From Bacillota bacterium (lineage in GTDB: Bacteria; Bacillota; Sulfobacillia; JAJYWN01): a stretch of 64,000 nt of DNA. The DNA lies in NCBI GenBank assembly GCA_021791495.1, contig JAJYWN010000034.1, positions 16,140-80,139 on the forward strand. The letters are read 5' to 3'. This document shows, one piece after another, positions 30,081 to 38,334 of this stretch; positions within the stretch are counted from its first letter, which is position 1, and every line of letters begins with the position of its first letter. A program made the position numbers and the translations under genes. Below the pieces are notes generated by a model. It was not told the origin of the DNA. It saw only the letters and a list, made by a program, of their open reading frames with translations, and searched no databases.

Positions 30081-30084
30081 CCGC

Positions 30085-30259
30085 GGGAGGTGGAGATTCC
30101 TATCGGCCCTCTCGGTTGGGCCAGTGGTATATCGTCATCTTTAACAGAAAACCCGCCTCGCCGGCTCATCTCTGAGCAGGGGCGGGTTCACCACTGGCTC
30201 CAGCAGATCGAGGTGACCAGGTTACAGATCTGCTTTCATAGCTTCCCTCTGTTACCTCC
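30085..30259 (-). ncRNA. Candidate standalone ncRNA (~175 nt, rod-like; 6S-like is one possibility)
   Basis: Nested stems GCCAGTGGT/ACCACTGGC and AACCCGCC/GGCGGGTT; extended -10 upstream, terminator downstream, no good ORF. Confidence 0.45.
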
Positions 30260-30339
30260 AAGGTACCACATTCTCGAGGCGAGTGGTATCCATGAAAGGA
30301 AGGAGTGTGTTAACAAAGTGTTAACAGATGGCCGACCTC

Positions 30340-30642
30340 CTATTCCTTCCTTGGAAAGGCGTTCTGGCCCGTCAGGAGGGTGGACATGCCGGCGATGACG
30401 TAGGCGATGCGGATGGTCTCCGTGATCTCGGCCTCCGTCGCCCCGGCCCTCCGGGCCTGGTTAGATAGGCTTTCCACGCCACGGGCGGCGCCGTGGGTGG
30501 CGTCGAGGGCCATCGAGATCAGAGCCTTGGTCTTCTGGTCCAGCGCACCTGAGCCCATGGCCGCGGCGTACAGGGGTTCAATGGCCTTGGCCAGGACGGG
30601 ATCATTTTGCTCGACAGCGGCGAGGAATGGGGGCAGCGCCAT
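30340..30642 (-). CDS. Carboxymuconolactone decarboxylase/AhpD-like family protein
   Basis: GALD.KTK.LI.MALDA, A...GAT..EI.E pattern; AAGGAG RBS. Confidence 0.85.
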   Translation of the reverse strand: MALPPFLAAVEQNDPVLAKAIEPLYAAAMGSGALDQKTKALISMALDATHGAARGVESLSNQARRAGATEAEITETIRIAYVIAGMSTLLTGQNAFPRKE

Positions 30643-30717
30643 TTCGGGTTACTCCTTTGGGGTTACTGTGTCTCCTGGTATTATTGCCGGAACGGCCCAT
30701 TTCCTCGCCCCAACCCC

Positions 30718-30746
30718 TTGCCATCCCATATGCACCCGTGTATAAT
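30718..30746 (+). promoter_or_regulatory. Near-consensus sigma-A promoter
   Basis: TTGCCA-17-TATAAT. Confidence 0.75.
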
Positions 30747-30810
30747 CATGACGTTGTCCGGCCGGGGTAGGACCGGACGGGAGAAGGCAAGGAGAAAGGA
30801 GGGTTGGCTG

Positions 30811-30885
30811 GTGGCCTGGATCACGATGCGCATCCGGAACAGAATAATGGCCGGTTGGGGCGTGGCCCGGGCTGTTCTCGGCTGA
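30811..30885 (+). CDS. Putative 24-aa peptide
   Basis: AAGGAGGG RBS 7 nt before GTG; flanked by its own promoter and terminator. Confidence 0.5.
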   Translation: MAWITMRIRNRIMAGWGVARAVLG

Positions 30886-30958
30886 CCCCCACGAAAGTCA
30901 CGTGACTTCGGCTTTCGCTGCCTGAGGAACGTGCGACGGTGTGAATCTGGAATTACCC

Positions 30959-30987
30959 AAGGCCCGGGGTAACCACCCGGGCCTTTT
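30959..30987 (+). terminator. Intrinsic terminator
   Basis: AAGGCCCGGG-GTAACCA-CCCGGGCCTTTT. Confidence 0.75.
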
Positions 30988-30997
30988 CGCGCGCTCT

Positions 30998-31012
30998 TGG
31001 CACGGATAATGC
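30998..31012 (+). promoter_or_regulatory. Putative sigma-54 (-24/-12) promoter
   Basis: TGGCAC-GGATA-ATGC versus consensus TGGCAC-N5-TTGC. Confidence 0.5.
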
Positions 31013-31184
31013 GAAGACTTTGCCGTGGGTAGCTGGACACGGCGAGGGGCCGCGGACGCACAATGAACCCGTTGGTGGAAGGGAGGAACTTCCAGAAATG
31101 AAGACTGGAATCAGGGAACTCTTGGGTGTTCGCTCTCGTATAGGGAGCTGTGAAACAGAGGAGCCGCAAGGAGGTGAAAGAGAC

Positions 31185-31418
31185 GTGGAGATAATCGAAG
31201 TCCTCTACACTGGAGAGCTGAGCTCACAGGTGGTAGAATACGTGCACTCATCGCCGGAGTCCCAGATCATCGGGACCATTCCGCTCATCGTCAAGACGAA
31301 GGAAGGGTCCGATCTTCTGGCAGGTTTGTTGAAAGCTATCAGCTACTCTTCCATGTCTGTGAGTCACGTGAAGTTGCACCGCCGACCCGTCAGGCAGCTG
31401 GCTGCCCGTACGGCTTAA
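31185..31418 (+). CDS. Small hypothetical protein (77 aa)
   Basis: AAGGAGGTG RBS and GTG start. Confidence 0.65.
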   Translation: MEIIEVLYTGELSSQVVEYVHSSPESQIIGTIPLIVKTKEGSDLLAGLLKAISYSSMSVSHVKLHRRPVRQLAARTA

Positions 31419-31611
31419 GCCGCCGCCACCACGGCCTAGACCGACCGAATCACCGCGGGGGGCGCGCGGGCCCGGGACCTTGCAGGAAAAGCAAGGAAAA
31501 CAGTCGAAGGCCGGGAGGAGTGAAGCGCTCCTCCGGGCCTTCTTGTCTCCGTCGGACGAAGCCGTGAATTCGCCCGCCCCATTGTGGGCAGAAGAGAGCT
31601 TTGACGGAGGG

Positions 31612-33309
31612 ATGTCAGTTAGTATGGTGCCGACCACCCCGCTGAAAGTCACTCTGATAGAACCAAAGCCGCCCGAGCGGCACACTTTCGACGCCGCCCG
31701 ATTGCCACGGCTCGGCCTCGTGAACATGGCCACGGAGCTGCGGCATCGCGGCTACGAGGCCAATGTGTGGTGCCAGGCCTGGAGTATGCCTTCGCTGACC
31801 GACTTGCTGTCCACCGATCTGGTCGGGATCAGCACCACCACTTCCACGGCTCCCGAGGCTTACCGTTTGGCCGACATGATGCGGCGCCACGGTATTCCGG
31901 TGGTGTTGGGCGGACCTCACGTCACGTTCCTGCCCGATGAAGGACTGGAGCACGCGGACTTCGTTATCCGGGGCGAGGCGGACCTGAGTTTTCCGGGATT
32001 CGTCGACGCCCTGTTGCGAGAGTCGGGCGACCCGTACGCCACGCCGGGGTTGAGTTACCGCAAGGGTGGTCCCGCTGTCCACAACCCCCTGGACGGCGCC
32101 ACCGTCGACATTGACCGGCTCCCCATCCCCAATCTGGCTTTGGTGCGGCCGGGTTGGTCCCGCTGGCGGACTTTCCCGGTGATGACCTCACGGGGTTGCC
32201 CGCACGGCTGCACCTTCTGCGGCGTTACCGCCATGTTCGGGCGCCGCTACCGTTTTCGTTCGAAAGAACTGGTCCTCGAGGAACTGTCGCGCCTCCGTGG
32301 TCGCAAGGTCTTCTTCTACGATGACAATTTCACCGCCAACCCCGGACGCACGAAGGAACTGCTCGAGGGTATGCTGTCCACTTCGGCTCGGCCATCGGCC
32401 TGGGGGGCGCAGGTGCGCGTGGACGCCGCCCGAGACCCGGAACTGCTGCGCCTCATGGCCCGCTCCGGATGCCGCCGCGTGTACGTGGGCTTCGAGTCTA
32501 TTAACCCTGAAACTCTTCGATCTTTCCATAAAGGACAAGGGTTGGAGGATATCCGGACCGCCATCAGTGCTTTTCACCGGGCCGGGATCGGTGTCTACGG
32601 CATGTTCATCCTGGGGGCCGACGCCGACGACGCCCGGACGCCCGGGTTGACCGTGGACTTCGCCCTGGCTGAGGGTCTGGAAGGGGCGCAGTTCATGATC
32701 TTGACGCCCTTGCCCGGCACCGGGCTCTTCTCTCAGCTCGAAGAGCGGGGGCGCTTGCTCACCAGGGATTGGGCGCTGTACGACGGTCACAACGCGGTGT
32801 TCCAGCCGGCCGGTCTTTCCCCGGCCGAACTGGAAGCGGCAGCCGCCCGCGCCCACCTGGCCTTCTATTCCGCCAAGGGAATGGGGCGGGCTATGGCCGC
32901 GGGGAACTTCCGCGCGGCTTACCAGCGTGCTCTGGCCCGCGTCGAACTGGGGCGTTGGCTACGCGCGGCCAAGACTATGGCCGCCATGGCCGCGACGGCC
33001 CGCGTCTGGGCCGCCGCCCGCGCCCGCCTGAACGTCGAGCGCCTGGATACGGCGGCCGTACGCCGTCTCAAGAGGGAGGTCAATAACCTCTTTCGGGCCG
33101 GCCGCCGTCAGCTAGAAATCCATATCGCCTCGCGGGCCGCAGTGGCCCAGACCAAAGCACTGGTGCGCTTGGCCCGCTTCCTTGACCGCATCGGACGAAT
33201 ACCAGGGGTCAAGGTCCGGCTCACCGGCCTGAACGCCATGGCCGAGAACCTGATTCTGGCGGCGCTGGCCCATGCGCCTTCCTTCGAGGTGCTACCACAG
33301 AAAGCCTGA
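31612..33309 (+). CDS. B12-binding radical SAM protein with C-terminal STAS-like extension
   Basis: P.LGL, GGPH.T, GEA B12-domain motifs; SRGCPHGCTFC; DDNF, GFES, LTPLPGT. Confidence 0.9.
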   Translation: MSVSMVPTTPLKVTLIEPKPPERHTFDAARLPRLGLVNMATELRHRGYEANVWCQAWSMPSLTDLLSTDLVGISTTTSTAPEAYRLADMMRRHGIPVVLGGPHVTFLPDEGLEHADFVIRGEADLSFPGFVDALLRESGDPYATPGLSYRKGGPAVHNPLDGATVDIDRLPIPNLALVRPGWSRWRTFPVMTSRGCPHGCTFCGVTAMFGRRYRFRSKELVLEELSRLRGRKVFFYDDNFTANPGRTKELLEGMLSTSARPSAWGAQVRVDAARDPELLRLMARSGCRRVYVGFESINPETLRSFHKGQGLEDIRTAISAFHRAGIGVYGMFILGADADDARTPGLTVDFALAEGLEGAQFMILTPLPGTGLFSQLEERGRLLTRDWALYDGHNAVFQPAGLSPAELEAAAARAHLAFYSAKGMGRAMAAGNFRAAYQRALARVELGRWLRAAKTMAAMAATARVWAAARARLNVERLDTAAVRRLKREVNNLFRAGRRQLEIHIASRAAVAQTKALVRLARFLDRIGRIPGVKVRLTGLNAMAENLILAALAHAPSFEVLPQKA

Positions 33310-33354
33310 TCGGAAGGCCTAGCCGGCGTCTGGCGTTCCCTTCGGGACGCTCGG

Positions 33355-34755
33355 TCAGTTGGCTCCGCCGGCTGTCTCTTCCTTCTCTGCCTCGTCATCC
33401 GGCACCCGGCGCAGCATGCGACTGCCGTAGAAGACGGCCCAGAACCGCCCGGGCGCCGTGTGATCATCTGGGTAGAAACGGGCGATCCTCTCCTGTCCTC
33501 CGAAGTGGAAGACAACCGTCCTCTCATCTGTCGCCCGCGCCACCAAGGGTTCCGGCTCTCCTTCGACCGCGGCCCCCAACTCATCCCCTCTGACCGTCAT
33601 CCTCAGACGGCCGCCCTCAGCCGACTTGTACGTCCCAGCGAAGTGACGTAGCTGTTCGGGCGTGGGCCGGAAGTCCGCCGGCTCCTCGCTACGCTTCTGG
33701 CCAAGGGGGAGCCCCAGCGCCGCATTGACTAGGGCGAGCCACAAAGGGTTGGCCGGCGCGCCGCTGGTGTTGGTCAGCACCACGGCCACCAGCTCTTTCT
33801 CCGGGATGAAGCCGAAGTTCGAAGCCACCCCGATTTGATTTCCGCCGTGCTCCACCAGGGTGAGCCCGGTACCGGCATAGTCGGGGGTTGTCTGAAGGGC
33901 GAAACAGTAGTGGGTCCGGCGCCCCGTCTGGTATACGGGCTGGTACATGCGCCTCAGGACGGAGGACGAAATCAGCCGGCACCTTCCAGCCGTGCCCCCA
34001 TTGACGTAGACCGCCCCGTAATTCAGCAGGTCCCGCACGGTGGAACGTACTCCACCGCCCGGCGCGTAGGTCCCCAGTTCGAACCAGGGACGCTTCTCGT
34101 GTTTGCCGGCCTTCCGGTCCCAGACGTACAGGTCGGTGACATTCCCCAGAGCCTGGAAGTCGTCCAGGAAGTAGGTGGTCCGGGGCATACCGATGGAGCG
34201 GACGAGCTGCATCATGTAGTCCCGGTAGGCCATCCCCGTCACCCGCTCAATGATGGCTCCCGAGAGCAAGAAAGTGTCGTTGCAGTAGCTGAAGTACTCG
34301 CCCGGCGCCCCCAGCAGCTGGTAGTCGGCGGTCGCCAGGTAGTCGACATGCTCGTCGAAGGTTTTCAGTTCCGGGCGCCGTTTCATCGGCGGCAGGCCCG
34401 TCGTGTGCGAAAGGACGTGCCGGACCTTGATAGCGGCCATGTCCCGCGCGCCACGCAGGCGAAAGTTGGGCAGGTAGTCCGTGACCGGAGCGTCGAAATC
34501 GACTTTCCCGGCGTCGACTAACCGGGTGACGGCCATGGCTGAAAAGGATTTGCTGACCGAGGCCAGGCCAAACACGGTATCTGGTGTTACGGCGGCCCCT
34601 TCACCCAAATCACGCTGCCCGAACCCCTTGGCGTACACCACTTCGCCGCCCACCGAAACCGCCGCCGCCAGACCCGCGATGTGCTGATTGGACATGGCCT
34701 CGGCCACGTAGGTCTCAAATGCGCTCCATTTATCTTGCTGCGACAATACCGGCAC
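33355..34755 (-). CDS. Serine hydrolase, beta-lactamase/S12 family
   Basis: SxxK (ASVSK), LSHTTGL, YCN, HGG. Confidence 0.9.
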   Translation of the reverse strand: MPVLSQQDKWSAFETYVAEAMSNQHIAGLAAAVSVGGEVVYAKGFGQRDLGEGAAVTPDTVFGLASVSKSFSAMAVTRLVDAGKVDFDAPVTDYLPNFRLRGARDMAAIKVRHVLSHTTGLPPMKRRPELKTFDEHVDYLATADYQLLGAPGEYFSYCNDTFLLSGAIIERVTGMAYRDYMMQLVRSIGMPRTTYFLDDFQALGNVTDLYVWDRKAGKHEKRPWFELGTYAPGGGVRSTVRDLLNYGAVYVNGGTAGRCRLISSSVLRRMYQPVYQTGRRTHYCFALQTTPDYAGTGLTLVEHGGNQIGVASNFGFIPEKELVAVVLTNTSGAPANPLWLALVNAALGLPLGQKRSEEPADFRPTPEQLRHFAGTYKSAEGGRLRMTVRGDELGAAVEGEPEPLVARATDERTVVFHFGGQERIARFYPDDHTAPGRFWAVFYGSRMLRRVPDDEAEKEETAGGAN

Positions 34756-34888
34756 CTCCTGAAGTCACCGCGAATCGACATTTTCCGCACGTTAATCCGG
34801 GCCCGCCCGTCACCGATATAACGAGTAAGGCCGCTTAAGATTGGAGCTTGGCCGGGCAGCAAGCGTTTTCCTTCGGGGGTGCCCCCTA

Positions 34889-37243
34889 ATGAACAAAGTT
34901 CCACTTTTCACCGGTGGTTCGCTTCCAGCTAGAGTATGGAGATGGGCCAACAGACTCCGGATACCCATCGCTACGAAAGTTGTGGGTGCCATGGCCGGCG
35001 GGGCCTTGTGGGCCGTCCTCACCGTCAGTCTGGTAAGTTACTTCTATATCAACAAGTTCGTCGACAACAACATGTCCAAGCAACTGGACCTGGCGTCCAA
35101 CGTGGAGCAGACGCTGATAGATCAGCATTTGGCGAAGGTCAGGGACCTGGCCGCGTTAGTGGCCGGTGCCCCGTCCGTGAGGCAGGGTGTGGTGGGCATC
35201 GGTGGGACCGGAGTGCCCCTGTCCCAGCAGTTAAGGGAGTGGAAGGCGGCGTCACCTGACCTCACGGTCCTGACGGTCGTCGATCCGACCGGCAAGGTCC
35301 TGGCCCGGGCCAATAGCAGTGCCACCGGCCAGACCCTTGGCATCAACGGGTTGGTGGCCGAAGCCGCCCGGCGGGCGGCGCCCGTGGCTTCCCCCGAAGT
35401 CATTGGCGAGGCCGAGTGGTCATCCGAGGGCGATCTAGTAAAACAGCAGGTAGTCATGGCGGTCAAACCGACTCAGGGTGCGGAGACGCGTTCGGAGAAA
35501 GAGGTGAGTGGGGCGTTATCCCTTGTCGGTGTGGCGCCCGTGCGAGACGCCGGCGGCAAGGTAGTGGCGCTGGTGGTGGCCGCGGAGGTGTTGAACCAGA
35601 ACTACGGCATCGTCGACGAGGTGCGCAGCCGCACCAATGGTTTGGTCACGGCGACCATCGCTATGGACGGAGTCCGGGTCACCACGAACGTCAAACTCAA
35701 GGATGCTTCCGGAAAACCGACCGAGGCGCGGGCCATCGGGACCATCTATTCCATTCCCGTCATGACCAGTCTGCGCCAGGGGAAGGAGTACCGTGGGCGG
35801 GCACAGGTGGCCGGAGAGTGGCAGAGGACCGTCTATACACCCTTGAAAGACCACACCGGGCAGGTTATCGCCGGGCCGTACGTGGGCATTCCGGAGACCA
35901 CGTTCTTTGCCCTGAGGAGGCAGTCCCTGCTCACCCTGCTGTTGGTGGCCCTAGGGATCGTCGCCGTCTCCTTTGTGGCCGCCATGGTCGCGGGCAATGT
36001 CCTGGCGAGCCCGGCTAAGAGGTTGAAGGAGGCTACCGACAGAGTGGCGGGCGGGGATCTGTCCATCGACGACCTGCGCGCCGAATCCAACGACGAGTAT
36101 GGAGACATGGCCCTGTCGTTCAACCGGATGGCGGCCACGTTACGAGAACTGTTGCGACAAGCGGCAGATACCAGCAGTTTGGTGACCGAGTCCGCCGGGC
36201 AGTTGACCCAGAACACTGAACAGATGGCGACCGCGCTGCACGGTGTGGCCCAGGCCATGGTCCAGACGGCCCGCGACGCCACGCTGCAGACTGAGGCGGT
36301 CCAGGACGCCAACCAGACTATGAGCCAGCTGCGGCTCTCCATAGCCCAGATATCGAGCGGCGCCATGGAACAGGCCAAGAGCGCGCAGGAAACGGTCAAT
36401 ACCGTTACGCACATGGTAGCGTCCATTTCGGGGGTGGCCGGAAAAGCCTCGACCGTGTCGGCCACCACGCAACAGGCCGCCGGAACGGCCGAGAAGGGCG
36501 GCCAGGTGGTCGGGAAGGCCATCGAGGGCATCGACCGGGCACGCGACTCGGTCCTGGGAGCGGCTCAGCGCATCAAAGACCTGGGCGAACTGTCCGGACA
36601 GATCGGCGAGATCATCAAGGTCATCACCGGCATCGCCAACCAGACCAATCTCTTGGCGTTGAATGCCGCCATCGAGGCGGCCAGGGCCGGTGAGCACGGG
36701 CGGGGGTTCGCCGTGGTCGCCGATGAGGTGCGCAAGCTGGCCGAGCGGGCACGTAAGGGGGCCGACGATGTCGGTGCTCTGATCCACCGCATTCAGGAGG
36801 GGACGGACCTGGCCGTCCAGGCCACTGCGCAGGGCACGGAGGAGGTCGAGGCCGGCGCGCGGCTGGCCGAGGACGCCGGAAGGGCGTTGCAGGAGATCCT
36901 GGTGATGGTCCAACGCACCACCGAAGACGTCGGGAGCATCGCGGCGGGCGCCGAGCAATTGGCGCTGTCCAGCCGCGAGGTCTCCGGGGCGGTGGAGTCG
37001 GTGGCTGCTGTTTCGGAGCAGTACATGGCGGCCACGCGCCAGATGGAAACCGGCGCGGAACAGGTGCGCAAGTCCGTGGGGGACATCGTCGCCATCTCGG
37101 AAGGGAATGCGGCGGCGGCGGAAGAGGTGTCGGCGTCCGTGGAGGAGATGAACGCTTCCGTGGATGAGATCTCCAGTTCCGCGGCACGGTTGGCACAGGC
37201 CGCCCGGGACCTGCAGGCCCAAATCAAGAGGTTCAAGGTGTAG
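34889..37243 (+). CDS. Methyl-accepting chemotaxis protein (Cache sensor, HAMP)
   Basis: Two TM segments, RVTTN..R.IGT Cache motif, [35 protein letters not shown]. Confidence 0.95.
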   Translation: MNKVPLFTGGSLPARVWRWANRLRIPIATKVVGAMAGGALWAVLTVSLVSYFYINKFVDNNMSKQLDLASNVEQTLIDQHLAKVRDLAALVAGAPSVRQGVVGIGGTGVPLSQQLREWKAASPDLTVLTVVDPTGKVLARANSSATGQTLGINGLVAEAARRAAPVASPEVIGEAEWSSEGDLVKQQVVMAVKPTQGAETRSEKEVSGALSLVGVAPVRDAGGKVVALVVAAEVLNQNYGIVDEVRSRTNGLVTATIAMDGVRVTTNVKLKDASGKPTEARAIGTIYSIPVMTSLRQGKEYRGRAQVAGEWQRTVYTPLKDHTGQVIAGPYVGIPETTFFALRRQSLLTLLLVALGIVAVSFVAAMVAGNVLASPAKRLKEATDRVAGGDLSIDDLRAESNDEYGDMALSFNRMAATLRELLRQAADTSSLVTESAGQLTQNTEQMATALHGVAQAMVQTARDATLQTEAVQDANQTMSQLRLSIAQISSGAMEQAKSAQETVNTVTHMVASISGVAGKASTVSATTQQAAGTAEKGGQVVGKAIEGIDRARDSVLGAAQRIKDLGELSGQIGEIIKVITGIANQTNLLALNAAIEAARAGEHGRGFAVVADEVRKLAERARKGADDVGALIHRIQEGTDLAVQATAQGTEEVEAGARLAEDAGRALQEILVMVQRTTEDVGSIAAGAEQLALSSREVSGAVESVAAVSEQYMAATRQMETGAEQVRKSVGDIVAISEGNAAAAEEVSASVEEMNASVDEISSSAARLAQAARDLQAQIKRFKV

Positions 37244-37289
37244 GCGGCGGGCGGGAGGATTCGGGCCGGTACGGTGGAATCTTTCCGTC

Positions 37290-38168
37290 ATGCGCATCGC
37301 CTACCTCGGTCCCCAGGGGACCTTTTCCGAAGAAGCGGTTGAGATCTACCGAGCGAGTCTGGATTCGGGCCGGTACGGCGCTTTCACCACCGGTTCGGCC
37401 CATGAGCTGGTGCAGTGCACCAGTAACGCCGAGGTCATCAGCACCGTGGCTGGGGGGCAGGCGGATGAGGGCGTCGTCGCCATCGAGAACTCCATCGAGG
37501 GGCCCGTCAATGTAACCCTTGATATGCTGGCTTGGGACGTGGATCTCCACATCAAGGGGGAGGTCCTGGTACCCATCATTCAAAACCTCCTGGTACGGTA
37601 CGAGACGGCGGAGGCGGGAACGGGGGCCGGCGTGCGGGCCATCACCAAGATCCTCTCGCACCCCCAGGCGGTGGGGCAGTGCGCGGCTTTCTTGAACCGG
37701 CATTTCCCGAGCATCCCGGTGCAGTACGCTTCCAGCACGGCGCTGGCGGCGCACATGGTGGCGGATAGCCGAGAGTCTTGGGCGGCCATCGCCTCGACCC
37801 GGGCGGCCGCACAATGCGGGCTGACCGTGCTCCTCCCGTCCATCCAGGATAAGGACAATAACGTCACCCGGTTCGTGGCGCTTTCGCGGGACAAGGATGG
37901 GCCGAATACGGGGAAATGCAAGACCTCCATCGTGTTCGCCACCGAACACGTGCCCGGCAGCCTCTACCGCGCGCTGGGCGTCCTGAACTTGTGGGACCTG
38001 AACCTAACGAAAATCGAGTCCCGACCGGCCAAGAACCAGTTGGGGAACTACATTTTCTTCGTAGACATCGAGGGCCACCGGGAGGACGAGAACATCCGGG
38101 ATGCCCTGACGATGCTGAAGAAGAAGACCTTCTACTTCAAGATGCTGGGGTCTTACCCGACGGCCTAG
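37290..38168 (+). CDS. pheA: Prephenate dehydratase
   Basis: YLGP.GTFS, IENSIEG, SHPQA..QC, N.TRF, NLTKIESRP, LGSYP. Confidence 0.95.
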   Translation: MRIAYLGPQGTFSEEAVEIYRASLDSGRYGAFTTGSAHELVQCTSNAEVISTVAGGQADEGVVAIENSIEGPVNVTLDMLAWDVDLHIKGEVLVPIIQNLLVRYETAEAGTGAGVRAITKILSHPQAVGQCAAFLNRHFPSIPVQYASSTALAAHMVADSRESWAAIASTRAAAQCGLTVLLPSIQDKDNNVTRFVALSRDKDGPNTGKCKTSIVFATEHVPGSLYRALGVLNLWDLNLTKIESRPAKNQLGNYIFFVDIEGHREDENIRDALTMLKKKTFYFKMLGSYPTA

Positions 38169-38334
38169 CCGCGAAGGCCCCCAGCGCCGCGTAGCGTCCT
38201 CCATCCTCCTCTTCTCTGTGGTCGGGGTGTTTCCGCTTCCGGCGTCGCCCTCTCTCCAGCAGGAAGCGGAGGCGGTTCTCGGCGAAGCAACAGACCGATA
38301 TTTCGTGTCCCGAAAACAGAGGAGGGTATGCACC

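Noticed and set aside
30222-30239. Leader peptide MKADL on the minus strand
   Set aside because: Five codons, no regulatory codon run, and no downstream gene before the terminator.
36140-37297. Long antisense ORFs (this one, 53643-55061, 44360-45454 and similar)
   Set aside because: Shadow frames of well-supported genes, expected at this GC content.
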